64,000 bases of DNA, taken from IMG/VR virus record IMGVR_UViG_3300001687_000011; one strand, written 5' to 3'. Positions within the stretch are counted from its first letter, which is position 1. Every line of letters begins with the position of its first letter. The translations under genes were made by a program, and so were the position numbers. The notes under the pieces are model-generated. The model had not been told where the DNA came from. It saw only the letters and a program-made list of their open reading frames with translations, and did not search any database. The stretch is from an uncultured virus (IMG/VR IMGVR_UViG_3300001687_000011) (lineage: Duplodnaviria; Heunggongvirae; Uroviricota; Caudoviricetes). Positions 1 to 12,234 of the stretch are shown here, piece after piece.

Positions 1-783
1 TCAAGCCATTCCTTATACTTGTTTTTCATTTAATATTCTCCACTTAATTCTTTAATATTATTTGGAAAACAACCATGTTCATATAAATACATTTCATCTT
101 CATCTGTAATATATTCATATGATATATCCTTACTCGTGAAACCATACTTTTCAGCCATTCCTATATAATAGGAGGGATCATGACGGGCTAATTCATGTGC
201 TTGTGCAACCAATTCCCCATCTATAAATAAACCTTCCCAATAATCATCATTTGCACTTAAAACTATTACTTTCATTTTTTTCTTCTTTTCCTTTCTAAGT
301 TTTTCAAAATATTCCATACCAAGACGAAAGGCCCTCCATATTCTTTTATGATATTCTACCCCTGACTCTGGTAAATTTTTAATAGATAAAGAAGCTACTT
401 CCCATGCTATCTTTTGACTTTCATTTATTTCGATCATATTTTATTCCATCTAATTTGTCTAAAGCTTCTTCCAGGATAGCTAATAACTCCCTATCTCCCC
501 CTAAATTGTCCAATACTTGTGTGTGAAGGGTATCCACTGCCTCATATAATTCTTCAAGGTCTTCGATGAAAATGGTAGGCCCCTCATCTCCCACATAATA
601 GTTAATGCTCATCTTCAAATTCCTCCAAGACTGTATAAAATTCTTTATGTATAGGATGTCCTGGGGAGTTGTGAAAACATAAAGCACAACCAGGGGTATG
701 ACATTCATCCCCTTTACCTTCCAAACATTCCTCACATAACCATATTTCAACCTTCTTTATTTTCATTACACCTCCTTCAGTAT

Positions 784-942
784 TTAGCCGTACATACACC
801 AATCAGCATAAATCAAGGGATAATTCAGTTCCAACCAAGTTTCCAGATCCAAATTGGTATATTCTTCCCGATAATCCATATCATACTCTTCCAGGATATC
901 AAGATATTCCTCTTCTAAGTATTCCCTGATTTCTTCATCCAT
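784..942 (-). CDS. Small, very acidic aromatic-rich protein (52 aa; absent from supplied ORF track), DNA-mimic candidate
   Basis: Manual translation MDEEIREYLEEEYLDILEEYDMDYREEYTNLDLETWLELNYPLIYADWCMYG*; GGAGG RBS upstream; 18/52 D+E, 2 R, no K. Confidence 0.7.
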   Translation of the reverse strand: MDEEIREYLEEEYLDILEEYDMDYREEYTNLDLETWLELNYPLIYADWCMYG

Positions 943-1703
943 TATAGTTTCCTCCAAAAAGGTTAAATAGCAAGAGGATTTGCTTTCACAAATCCTATAC
1001 CTTCAACCGAGAACAACCTTTCACCTGTTGTTTTGTGTACTCCAAAACTAATGAGTAATGACTTATTGTTCAGAGTAATCCCCCCTGCCCCTGCCCACTC
1101 ATAACCAGTAGGTTTAGTTTTAAGGATTTCGATCTCTTTGATGTTGAGAAAAGACTTTCTTAATGCTTCTTTTAACTTATCCATCTGTGTCACCTCTTTC
1201 TTAGGATAATAGTTTTCTAAAGCATAATATTCGTCATCAAACATCCCTGCTTCAGCAGCCCTCTCATCAAGTTCATTTTCGGTAAAGAGATCCTCAGGCT
1301 TAAGACCTAAGGTTTCTATTACTTTTCTGATTTCAGCAATTTGTTCTTGTTTATTTTTTTTCATGGAGAGCTTTTCCCCTTCCATTATATACTTCACAGA
1401 TCTGACCAGTGCCATCATTATAATAAATGGAAATAACCCCACCACCCAAACTAAAAGAAACAAGCTTATACTGATCCCTTATTCTCTTTAAGATATTTTG
1501 CTGTTTCACTGTAAGAGAATTAATCAATCTTGCCTCTTTGAATGCTTTATGATTAGCTTCCTCTTCTGGGAGAGAAAACTTATCTATTAACTCTGATTTT
1601 CTGGATTCAAAAAAGTCTAAAGCTCTTTGTATTGCATCATGAGACTTCTTATAATCTCTATTGGTTCCGAGTGCCATAATTTGTTCCCTCCCTTCTATAT
1701 ACT

Positions 1704-1731
1704 ATATCGGCATATTAGGGAAAAAACTTCA
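1704..1731 (-). promoter_or_regulatory. Repeated phage promoter motif, copy 1
   Basis: Minus strand TGAAG-TTTTTTCCCTAATAT-GCCGATAT, followed by an RBS-like GGGAGG and the 1351..1677 gene. Confidence 0.8.
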
Positions 1732-2752
1732 TCTACATTCATCGAGCATACCTTCTTTTAGCTCATAATAATTATGGACAAACCCTTTTCTTCCAAGTTT
1801 TACACGTCTCCGAAGTTTATGAGTCATTTTGCTTAGACGTTTCCTAATAGTTTGAGGGTGTGTCACTTGATCAACCCACTTATTAGGAATCTTTACAAGT
1901 TTACCCTTCCTCATTCTGTAATAGGAATTACCTATTCTTATTCTTTTCACCTTTTATTTTTCCTTTTAATTTTTTATATAGGAATTTTATTGTCCCTGGG
2001 GTTTTCTTTAATATCTCAATTAAATAACAAATACCAAAAATAATAATGTGTAGAGAAATGACTACCCACATAATAGGCCCATATATTATGAGACCACCAA
2101 GTGATTCTAAACAAGTCCCATAATAATTATCAAATAAAAATAATATAATACCCAATACTGTCCAAAATATAAGTAAAATATTTATTATCATGTTTTAATC
2201 CTTTATAAGTTTATTAAGTCCCCACTTTATAACAGGAACAATGAGGAGGTAATATGGTATATAACAAACCATACTTACTATTAATGCACCAAACAACCCT
2301 GTTGATTCAATGAAGGTTATTATGAATTGTCCCATAGTTATTAATAAGAGTCAGAATGATTTACATGACGCTTATTTGCTATACGTGTACGATTTACCGA
2401 GATAAATCTTTGTACTGTAGAGTGTAAAAATCCAAGGCTAAGAATGAGTATCAATCCATCTACTATATTCCCTAACCCTACCAACATATACCACATTCTA
2501 TTTTCAAAAAAATTGAACTCAGGCCACTCTGGGATTCTGCTTTTAAAGTAAATAGCTTTTACAAACTCAGTTACAAAGCTTATAAGATTTGCACAGTGGT
2601 TAATAATATATTCTATCTTTCTCGCTCCACGTTCTTTTCCGAATATTAATACCAGCAGGATAGATCCAACTGCACAAATGACCAGCATGGCCCATATAAG
2701 AAGAAAAAAGAAACATATTGTATTTATAATAAAAGATATCATGTTATCCTCC

Positions 2753-3325
2753 TCAATTTTCTAAGCAGTGAATAAAGCATCCACTATCTGGTTCAGGTGG
2801 ACTATCCTTTGACATCTGAGGAATAGTACCACTGTCACGATATTTCTTCAATGCTGCTTTGCATTTAGCCCTGGTAGCCTTGGGATCATTCTTCACAGGT
2901 CTGGCCTCTAACTTAGCAATAGCATCCGATAAATTTTGTTTTAGGTTCTTAGATAATTCCATAAGTTCTTCAATAATCTTATCCTTTTCTGCAATTATCT
3001 CATCTTTTTCTGCTACTACATCTACAGGTACAGCCTCAACAACCACTGGTTGAACTGTTCCATTAAGACCAACAACATCATTTGCATCAAAAGACATTAA
3101 TTTTCCATTTGTTTCCAGGATAATCAATCCATCTTCCGTAATTCCTTTTAGAGTTCCTGTGGTACTTGTGAGATCCTTAGGAGTAGTGGTTAGTGTGTTG
3201 TAATGAATAATCTCTACCTCCTGGCCTGGTTGAAAAGGGACATTTGTAAAATAGGCTTTAGGAGAAGATACCACCAAGATTGAAATAATTAATACTACCA
3301 AAGTTAATGTAATAAATTGTTTCAT
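2753..3325 (-). CDS. Exported/membrane-anchored protein with coiled coil and C-terminal GCFI motif
   Basis: N-terminal signal peptide (MKQFITLTLVVLIISILVVSSPKA), heptad region, C-terminus PPEPDSGCFIHCLEN. Confidence 0.5.
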   Translation of the reverse strand: MKQFITLTLVVLIISILVVSSPKAYFTNVPFQPGQEVEIIHYNTLTTTPKDLTSTTGTLKGITEDGLIILETNGKLMSFDANDVVGLNGTVQPVVVEAVPVDVVAEKDEIIAEKDKIIEELMELSKNLKQNLSDAIAKLEARPVKNDPKATRAKCKAALKKYRDSGTIPQMSKDSPPEPDSGCFIHCLEN

Positions 3326-5020
3326 TATGGTCTACCTCCATTGTGAAGTTTGTTTAGCAGGTCTTTCAAATCCTGCTTATGCATACAAAGCTCTGAAAAA
3401 GATCTACCCATACTCTTTTTGGGTTGATACTCAATTCCATGACAATCGGTAACTGACATATTCCACTGGATACCTATTCCTGTGGGAAGTCTGGTTTCAA
3501 ACACATACACAGCTTTTCCACCAGCTTGAAAAGATACTCCCTTAAAATTTTGTAGTTCATTTGCAGGGACACCCTCTGGTGCCCAGGAAGCTATAAGTCT
3601 AAGCTGACCATCTTGAATCATTGTTTCCCCCTTTTAGAAATCAATGGTGAATTTAACATCCATTTTTGACGGATCAAGCTCTTTTAATGCTTCATATCGA
3701 GTATAAAAAGTAACCATGTTCATAGTAAGTGGAATGTGGGATATTGTTCTGAAAGCAAGAACTAATCCGTCTTTACTGATATGGTCTCCTGCAATATAAG
3801 CAATATGGTATTCATTATCAAACTTCTCATGAACTAAATACCAACTCCCATTTTTTACACCTTTTAAAGGTTTTAGATCCTCTGCTGCTACTGCTACCCA
3901 AGCAAAATATAGGTTATCAAATCTAATCATTGTTTTTTCTCCTTTTGAAAAAATCAACAAGCAGAAAAACTACCCCCAGCAAACCCAAGGAAATAAATAT
4001 CTTTATCATTTCAGCTAATGTTGGCATTTTCTTTCTCCCTGGCAATTATTCTATCCATAAGTTTATCCAGTTCCTCTATAAGGTAGTGATCTTTTACTCT
4101 TTTTATAATATACTTGGATCTTGTCCCCTGTTTCGTTTTTTCAACCCGAAGAACACCCTTAGCTGTGAGGTAATTTACAAGTTCCCTTTGGTATTCAGTC
4201 AACTTTTTATAGTCACAACCATCGAAAGCATTTATAACCATTCCTGAGAGATCCCCAATCATATTTATAGTGAAGACTGTATATATGCTCATGTGTTCAC
4301 ATCTTTCAATCAACTCTTCTTTTGAAGAATCCTCAAATAATGATTTCATTAATTATCACCTTTCATAGTCTGTTACCTTTAAATATTCTCCACAACCACA
4401 ACAAATTTTTATTTCTCTTCCTGGTAATCTGGATTATTTATATCTTCTACTGGTTTAAACCCCTCATTTTCAAGTTCCTCATCTGTTGACAAACCAACCA
4501 TAATTCCAAACATAATATCAGCATATAGACTTGCTTCAAGAAGTTGTAGACCAGCAAGATACTGAAGACTCTGTGTATAAGCATGAAGTTTACCATCTTC
4601 ATCACGTTTAATATTTTCAAATAAAGGAATCCCAGCTTTGTTTAGTTCCTGCTTGAACGTTCTATGTATTGTAGTACACAAGGCACGTACTTTAGATCTG
4701 AATGTATGTTCTACTGTACTACAAACATCATCGATGATTTCAAGTTCACTTTTTTTCTTATCCATTTTTTATCCTCTCATATCCTTCCTTCAAAAGTTTG
4801 AGAACCCATGTTGGAAGTTCTACTACCATTCCATCAGGGCCAGTGAAAAGAACCCCTGGATCAAAAGCATAATGCTTTAAACCAGTCAACTCCTCAAATG
4901 GATGACATAACTTTCTCCACTCTTCAAGATATAGATCAATATTAGTGGTTTCACGTCCATCTGGCAGTCTTCCATAAAACTTTTTAGATTTTTTCACCCT
5001 TAAATTCCTCCTTAATTATT

Positions 5021-5048
5021 ATATCGGCAATAAGCAGAAATTTCTTCG
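5021..5048 (-). promoter_or_regulatory. Repeated phage promoter motif, copy 2
   Basis: CGAAG-AAATTTCTGCTTATT-GCCGATAT then AATAATTAAGGAGG. Confidence 0.8.
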
Positions 5049-5660
5049 ATTATATCCTGGTAACATCCTTTCCTGTCCACTCCTCAAGCTTTTTTAGTTC
5101 TCTCTTATGCTTCATAAGAGCAAAAAGTCTATTTCCACAATCACGGATGATATTAGTTTGGACTTTATAATCAGCATCAGAGATTTCTTCCCCCAGGCAT
5201 AAAACAGTTTTAGGAACTTCTTTCCTATCCTTGTCCTGGTACATAACAGCACCAATCTCTGAGTCAAAATATACAAAAGATCCTGTTTTGTATTCTTCAG
5301 GGAGTTTCTCAAACGGTAAAACCCCATAAATATTCTTTACAGTTCGATACCTGGTAGGAACTTTGTGACCATATTTCTCAATGTCTTTTACATACTTCTT
5401 TGTTATAATTCTGATACTCCCAATATTTTTACTCATTTACTTTGTCTTCCTCCTCATTGATTAATAGTTCTACTACATCAAGTAAGTTTCTCAATGTTTC
5501 AAATGCATGATAATCAGATATATATCCTATATGATGATTTGCAGCATCTAACCTTACCTTAGCTAATTCTTTTTTTTCTTTAGTCATTAGTCAAAGACTC
5601 CTATAAATAGCATAATTAAAATACCCATAGCAATTATGGTTAAGATAGCTTTTCCTATCA

Positions 5661-6440
5661 TTATTTTTTCTCTTTACTGAGAAGGTTTTTTACTTTATCC
5701 AGTTGTTCTTTTGAGATGGGCTTTCCAGTTTCATTTACCCTAAGAAAAGTTCTCAAGACTTGTTCCCTGGTAGCATTTTCAAGCTCAACTACTTCAACAG
5801 GAAAGTTATCTATATGAATTCTATCATGGGGGTGTAATTCTGAGTATTTCATCCCATTGTAAGTAAACCTATCTTCGATAAACTCACATATTGTAGTGAG
5901 TCTCTGTTTTCCATCTATAATCTCATAGAGGTAATTATGCTTCTCAGAGTACGGAAGCTTGTTAAAAACAAATCGTCCAATTGGGACATCATTAAGAATA
6001 GAAGCTATAAGTAATCTCTTATCTTCTATACTCCATACCAAATCTCTTTGATAGTCTGGGTCTAAATTAACCCCGAATGAGTAAACTGTATGCAATAAAG
6101 ATCCTATTTGGGATCTTAGTGAACTTAACCAAATATCACTCTCATTATGGAGTTGTACTTCAGAGTGTACTTTAGAAAACATATAAACCCAACTATGTAT
6201 GTCTACCTTTCTCCCCACATATTTCCCATATGCAATATCATCAGCTTCAATTTTATACAATTTACCACCATAGAATTTATCAAGTATCACAGGATTCTCA
6301 AGACCACCCAGGACAAATTCAGTATCCCCCACCTCAAACTGCCTGGTAGGTTCAGGAATAAGATCAACATTAAAATAAAGAGCAATCTTTTCCAGGTCAG
6401 TCATTTCTACTACTTTCTTTTTGGCTTTTTTCTTAGGCAT
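5661..6440 (-). CDS. DUF262 (ParB/Srx-like, GmrSD N-terminal type) domain protein
   Basis: Motifs PDYQRDLVW, IIDGKQRLTT, FLRVNETGKPIS; no C-terminal HNH domain. Confidence 0.8.
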   Translation of the reverse strand: MPKKKAKKKVVEMTDLEKIALYFNVDLIPEPTRQFEVGDTEFVLGGLENPVILDKFYGGKLYKIEADDIAYGKYVGRKVDIHSWVYMFSKVHSEVQLHNESDIWLSSLRSQIGSLLHTVYSFGVNLDPDYQRDLVWSIEDKRLLIASILNDVPIGRFVFNKLPYSEKHNYLYEIIDGKQRLTTICEFIEDRFTYNGMKYSELHPHDRIHIDNFPVEVVELENATREQVLRTFLRVNETGKPISKEQLDKVKNLLSKEKK

Positions 6441-6883
6441 GTTTATCTCCCTCAGGATCTCTTCCTGGTATAAGCTCTTCTGGATTTGTTATAATACGTT
6501 TTTCTAAAAGATCAGGAACAGTAGGCATGTATCCAAAATTATATTCCCAGTCTAAAAAATATTCACTATTACAGATTCTTATCAAATCCAGTTCAGCAGG
6601 AGAAATGCCAATAAGATCTATGGTTATCCAACAATTGGGGTTGCTGTTTCTTATCATGATTTATCCTCCAATTTTTTATTGATTATTTTATCAACAACTT
6701 TATAAAAATCTTTGTTAGAGAACCCAGGGTCACAACTATCATGAATGTATCCTTCACATGTACCATCTTTTAATTTCCAGACATGAGCATAAGGATCACA
6801 ATTAATGGTTTGCTTTATCCAGTATAGATTATCAGTATCAGGGTCTCTAACTATTATCTGACCTCTATAAGATAAGATGTTCA

Positions 6884-7288
6884 TTATTTCCCCCTTGTCC
6901 ATAAAAGGTTATTATTAAAATCAAAAATCCTACTGGCATAGGCCCCACGATGTTCTATTTCAATGTTGGCATATATTCTACATATCTCTTTTTCAAGTTC
7001 TTTAAATCGTTTGGTATGATTAGAGCAGTAAGTTACAACGTGTACCATTTCGTGTATCGTGTAATAATGAAAGAAAGGTTCACACTCTTCAAAAAATAAC
7101 CAGAGAGGAAATTGAATTTCCCATCTCTCCTCTTCTGGGTAATAAGTTGCTTCCCCCCTTTGTACCCCTGTAAATTCAATAGTAACTTTATCATGATCAA
7201 TAGCCCAATCATCACAGATTTCTCCACATGTCCGTAAAATCCAATCGAGTCTTGCTTTTTGTGAATCTGTTAAATGATCTTCGTTCAT
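6884..7288 (-). CDS. SprT-like zinc metallopeptidase
   Basis: HEMVH...NHTKRFK (HExxH plus a downstream H-x-x-x-F). Confidence 0.6.
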   Translation of the reverse strand: MNEDHLTDSQKARLDWILRTCGEICDDWAIDHDKVTIEFTGVQRGEATYYPEEERWEIQFPLWLFFEECEPFFHYYTIHEMVHVVTYCSNHTKRFKELEKEICRIYANIEIEHRGAYASRIFDFNNNLLWTRGK

Positions 7289-7329
7289 GATTTTTACCTC
7301 CTACAAATAGATAATGCAAAAATCATGCC

Positions 7330-7536
7330 TTATACATCTAATCTCTTTATATCAGAACTATCTTCTGGGTTTATGCTGTAGACTTCACAGGTTCTACCAC
7401 TTTTACGTTCATGACGTATAAACTCTAAGATTGACAAGCCTTTCTGGACAGCATGATCGGCATTATAGAATCCAAAGAAATCAATTACTTTTTTTATCCA
7501 TTTTGCATCAATCTTAAAGGAAACTTTTATCATCAT
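7330..7536 (-). CDS. Putative ribbon-helix-helix DNA-binding protein
   Basis: N-terminal alternating strand (KVSFKI) followed by two helices; pattern similar to 39644..39838. Confidence 0.35.
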   Translation of the reverse strand: MMIKVSFKIDAKWIKKVIDFFGFYNADHAVQKGLSILEFIRHERKSGRTCEVYSINPEDSSDIKRLDV

Positions 7537-9944
7537 AAATTTAACCTCTCAGTTCATATTTTACACAACAAATTGTTCAACAATTAATCACCTTCACCAT
7601 AAAACCATTCTTTTCCAGAATTATCTTCTACATATATCTTATAATTCCCATCAGAGAAGTGCTTTGCAACAATCATAGTAGCCCATCTTTTAGCAAGATA
7701 GTAGGATCGTGGTCTTTGAAGACAATCAAATCGTCTACCCTTACCTTTTGGGTCTTCCCAGGGAGTTGACCAACATTTTTCTTTACTGTTCCAAAAGGGG
7801 TTGTCATGTTCTTCTACACTTACATAATAATGAGATCCTATACCCCAAAATTTCATAAGACGTATAGTAACAGGTCTGGGATCTTCCTTATTCTCATTGG
7901 GCCACCTTCTGATATGGGGTAAGGGGATATCTTTTATAGTTCCACCATAACTACTCCCTTCGTCAAGTTGCTCTTTTGTCCATTTCACAGTTTAATCCCC
8001 CATTTGTATTCTTGCCACTTGTAAAAAGTCATCAGCAGACATATACACATTTACCTCATAATTTTCATCTACATCATCCTTAATAGTAATGTGAGCTAAT
8101 GAACCCGTAAGATCAATATTCGCAATATATATCATGAGAAATAGTATTCTTCTTCTTCGGTAAGTTCAATGCCCATTTTCTTAAGAGCATCTTTCTTTAA
8201 TTCTTTCATCATGTCATATAAGAAGTCTTCATACTGCTGGAATTTTTCTAAGACAAGCTCCTTAGCTTCCTTCTTTATACGATCATCATCTTGCTTCTGC
8301 ATATCCTCAAAGGACTGGATCAGAGGTAGCTCAACTCCATTCATAGTAAGTTTAATATCGAGACCTTCCTGGTCTTTGGTCAGCTTAATTTCTTCCTGAT
8401 CCTTCTTTTTCAATAAGGTAAATGCATGAATAACTACCCACTCCAACAACCATAGGTGTTTATTTCTCATTTCCTGTATTGATATTTTCATAATTACTCC
8501 TTAATTCATAGGCTCATTGCCATTGAAACCGAAATTCATAAACATCTCGGTGAGTTGCTGTTCTTTCTGTTTCTCAGCAAGGGCTAAAAGAAAACTCTTG
8601 TAAGTTCCTACTCCAATATATGAACCCAGAGTAAAAATAACCAAAGCTTTCTCATTTTCATTTTCCAAGGTATTTACAAAGTCTATGATCTTTGTATAGA
8701 CTTCTATAAGGGTTTGGTCAGGTGTATCTAAGATCCCCAGTGTTACCATAGTGATCTCTGCTGCTCTGGCAGCATCAATTCCTAAAAACTCAATATAATC
8801 GACTCCATTCTTGTTATACTTAATCATGTTCTTCTAAATCTCCCTTAAATTGGTTAAATGGTTAAATCCTTGGAAGTCATAAATTCTTTTCGTCCGATAA
8901 GCCAGTTCAGGTCATCGATGGACATCAGGTATCTCAGTCCATCTTTACCATAAGCAATAGCCCCCACTCCCACTGTGGAAGGTACGACTTCCTTTATATG
9001 CACAATTTCCAGATTATCGTGTTTTCCCCCAGAGTCAATTTTCAGTATGGGTTTCCGATCAGCATTCAACATGTTATTGACTTTGGTACAAAGTTCCTGG
9101 ACTAACTTGGTTTTTCCAGTATCTTTTGTTTCTACCTTCTGAGTCTGTTGTTTACCCTTCTTTGCCATTTTTGGCCTCCTCTTTTAAGTTAGCTATTTCT
9201 TCTTCATATTTCTTTACCCTTGATGTAGAAGTACCCCACTGGTCTATAAATCTTTTTGACATGGTTCCGTCTTTCTTTACTTGTTTTAGTGTATACGTAA
9301 TGTACTTATCATAAGATAGGTTATACCCACTAACAAAAGCAGGAATCCACTTTTTACCAGGGCTATTTCCCCAGCCATCTTCATTATAGAGAACTTTTTC
9401 TCCTATTTTATATTCAGCATGTTCGTCAAAATATCTCTGTTTTGCAGTATATTTTTCAGTTTCAAATTCGTGAACTTTCCTGGAAGATTCTCTTCGTATC
9501 TCTGCAATTTTCTCATCACACTCTGAAAATTTTTTAAGTAATTCTTCCCGTGTCATGATTCTCTCCGTATCTTTCTTAAATAATACTCTACATCATGTAA
9601 TTTCTGAGAAGGGGATAGATCATCTCTTTTGAGTAACCCCAAAAGCTTGTCAACAATACCCCAATGATTCTCCAACCGATCTGATAATATTCCAAAGGCT
9701 ATACACTTATGATTGCAATTGGCCCCCGAAATAACTGTTGTTATCCTGGACTCTTTGGCTTTTACTGCATCATCAAAAGTCAAATGTTGAATATCCTCTT
9801 CCTCAATATTATATCTATCCACTTTACCAAAAATAGGAGTGGATTCAAGGATATCTTTTATAGCTTCCAAGTCTTTCTTGGAATATGATGAAATAACTTC
9901 AATAGCGGTCATCTTATTTTGCCACCTTACTAAAGTGTAAATCA

Positions 9945-10055
9945 TCATTGTTCTGTTCTCCCTTTTAGGTAACAACATGTACAAGCTATTAATGTAATGA
10001 TCTGACTTGACCAAACCCAAGCTACAGCAACATAACTTAAAATTGATTTAATCAT
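9945..10055 (-). CDS. Small hydrophobic peptide (36 aa), first gene after promoter copy 3
   Basis: MIKSILSYVAVAWVWSSQIITLIACTCCYLKGRTEQ*; GGGGG RBS; stop overlaps the ATG (9948) of the next gene. Confidence 0.45.
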   Translation of the reverse strand: MIKSILSYVAVAWVWSSQIITLIACTCCYLKGRTEQ

Positions 10056-10076
10056 ATCATTACCCCCTTATTATTT

Positions 10077-10104
10077 ATATCGGCAATTACTACAAAAATC
10101 TTCG
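10077..10104 (-). promoter_or_regulatory. Repeated phage promoter motif, copy 3
   Basis: CGAAG-ATTTTTGTAGTAATT-GCCGATAT then AAATAATAAGGGGG; lies immediately after a terminator. Confidence 0.8.
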
Positions 10105-10106
10105 AT

Positions 10107-10143
10107 AAAAAAAGGGGATAGTAGTATAACCTACTTATCCCCT
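10107..10143 (-). terminator. Intrinsic terminator
   Basis: Minus strand GGGGATAAGTAG-GTTATA-CTACTATCCCC followed by T7. Confidence 0.75.
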
Positions 10144-10566
10144 AACCTTTATATACCTTGTATAATCAATACACCTGTCAGAACAAGTATATTCATGACT
10201 CTCAATATCATACCATTCAGTTCTTACCCCACAAAAGCAACAAGGTTCCTTGGTTGCAGTACGTAAGACTAATGGTTCTGGATCTTCAATCCTTTTTATC
10301 ATATCTCCTATTTTAGTGTCTGGAAAAGTTCTTTTAAAATGACTCATAGTAATATATCATCAGGATCATCAAAATTTTCACCTCCCCATATATCTATAGG
10401 GGTTGAGGATCGTTTTTGCATTTCCTCTTTTACTCTCTTGAAATACCAGTTAATGGAGTCCAACGTCTCATCTCCAATAACTATATCAGAAGAAGTACAT
10501 GCCATAAGGTTGTTTGAATCAATAACAACTTCCTGTTTTTCAAGTTTCTCAGACATCTCCACTCCT

Positions 10567-11793
10567 TTACACCTTTACTTGAGTATAATCATTCTCCTCA
10601 AGTTGTTTTTTGTTTTTCCATCTCTCAATAGCTTTGACATTTACTACTGGTTTAAGTTCAAAAAGGGTATCTACAAGATCTTCCTGGTTATTCATGACCT
10701 CTCCAATATCTTTGTAGGCCCCAGGTGCCTCTCCAAGATCTGTTAATCCTTTCTTATTTCTACCCCATCCTTCATAGATAATCCCTTCCATCTTTTTTGT
10801 TTCTTCCTCAACATTTAAATCTCTACTTGCTTGGTTTCGACCTTTGCAACGTCCTGCTCCATGAGAACAAGAACTGAAACTATCAGGATTACCTTTTCCC
10901 ATTACAATATAAGAAGAAGATCCTTGATCCCCAGGTATAATTCCATATTGACCAAGCATTGCACTTGTAGCTCCCTTACGATGAACCCAGACATCTTCCC
11001 CAAAATGATTCTCAAGAGAAGCATAGTTATGATGAACATCAAGCTCTAAACTAAACTTGACATTATGGAATTCATGTTTAATAGCTTCCATAACTTCACT
11101 CATCATATAATAACGGTTAGCTCTTGCAAATTCTAAAGCATAATTCATAGCTGTAATGTATTCCTGGCCTTGAGGTTTGTCTGGACGTAAATAAGCAAGA
11201 TCTGTATCTCTCATTCTCTCTTGGCAAACTCTTAGGGCTATAGTATGATACTCTTGACAAATTTTATACCCAAAGTTTCTTGAACCAGAATGTATCATTA
11301 TGGCTATTCTATCCTCTGGAAGTAGTCTCTGGATTTCAATGAAATGATTACCTGAACCCAGTGTCCCCAATTGACGTTTAGCAGATTCTAATTCCCTCTG
11401 TATGATTGGGATATCTGGTGCCCGATTAAAACCTTCCCATTCCTGAGGTTTGGAATGGTGTTTATACCCAACAGGTATTTTTTGTTTAATTTTATTTCTA
11501 ATACTAATAAGTATCCTTTGATCTACATCCTTAAGATATAAATTAGTCAGGATAAAATGCATACCACACCCACCATCATTACCAACTCCATAAGGGATTA
11601 TAGCATCTTTACAGGCACATACACCACCAATAGGCATACCATATCCTTTATGCATATCTGGCATATTGGCTATATGATCAAACGTAACAGACAGGTTAGC
11701 CAAATTTATTGCTTGCTGCATAGCTTCCTCTTCAGGATTAGTAGCATAAATATAAATTGGTATACGATAGTCAGTTATTATTTTGGGTTTCAT
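10567..11793 (-). CDS. rtcB: RtcB RNA 3'-phosphate/5'-OH ligase
   Basis: MPDMHKGYGMPIGGV, GNDGGCGM, LGTLGSGNHFIE, HSGSR, HHNYA, HRKGAT, SHGAGR, EAPGAYKDI. Confidence 0.95.
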   Translation of the reverse strand: MKPKIITDYRIPIYIYATNPEEEAMQQAINLANLSVTFDHIANMPDMHKGYGMPIGGVCACKDAIIPYGVGNDGGCGMHFILTNLYLKDVDQRILISIRNKIKQKIPVGYKHHSKPQEWEGFNRAPDIPIIQRELESAKRQLGTLGSGNHFIEIQRLLPEDRIAIMIHSGSRNFGYKICQEYHTIALRVCQERMRDTDLAYLRPDKPQGQEYITAMNYALEFARANRYYMMSEVMEAIKHEFHNVKFSLELDVHHNYASLENHFGEDVWVHRKGATSAMLGQYGIIPGDQGSSSYIVMGKGNPDSFSSCSHGAGRCKGRNQASRDLNVEEETKKMEGIIYEGWGRNKKGLTDLGEAPGAYKDIGEVMNNQEDLVDTLFELKPVVNVKAIERWKNKKQLEENDYTQVKV

Positions 11794-11817
11794 TTTATAT
11801 CCCTCCTTATATACTTA

Positions 11818-12234
11818 TCAGTATAATTTGGAAATTTCTTCAGCCGTCTTTCTATCCTCTAATATTTCTACTACTAAAGGCCCAACAATAGACCAATCAA
11901 CACAAGGTTGTTTAAGATGAGCATATTTTATAATAGGACATCCAAATGCTGCATCATCTATATATAAATTTCCATAAGCCTTTGGGCTTGAAGTCCAGTT
12001 CTTTTGTGTTGGATTTATATTAACTCCAAATAGCTCTATTCCACATTCTTTTAAATAATCTACAGCTTCATTCAAAGGCTCACCCGATCTCATCGTAAAT
12101 AATATAATCTTCGCTCCTAATTTTTGAAATTCCTTTATATATTTTATAGCATATAATACTGGTTTTCCAATATCTGGATAATCGTGATCTACTATTGTTC
12201 CATCAAAGTCAATACAGATATAAAACTCCCTCAT
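11818..12234 (-). CDS. HAD-superfamily phosphatase (polynucleotide-phosphatase-like)
   Basis: DFDGT motif I, LFTMR, K...YIDD; likely start MREFY at 12234; adjacent to rtcB. Confidence 0.75.
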   Translation of the reverse strand: MREFYICIDFDGTIVDHDYPDIGKPVLYAIKYIKEFQKLGAKIILFTMRSGEPLNEAVDYLKECGIELFGVNINPTQKNWTSSPKAYGNLYIDDAAFGCPIIKYAHLKQPCVDWSIVGPLVVEILEDRKTAEEISKLY

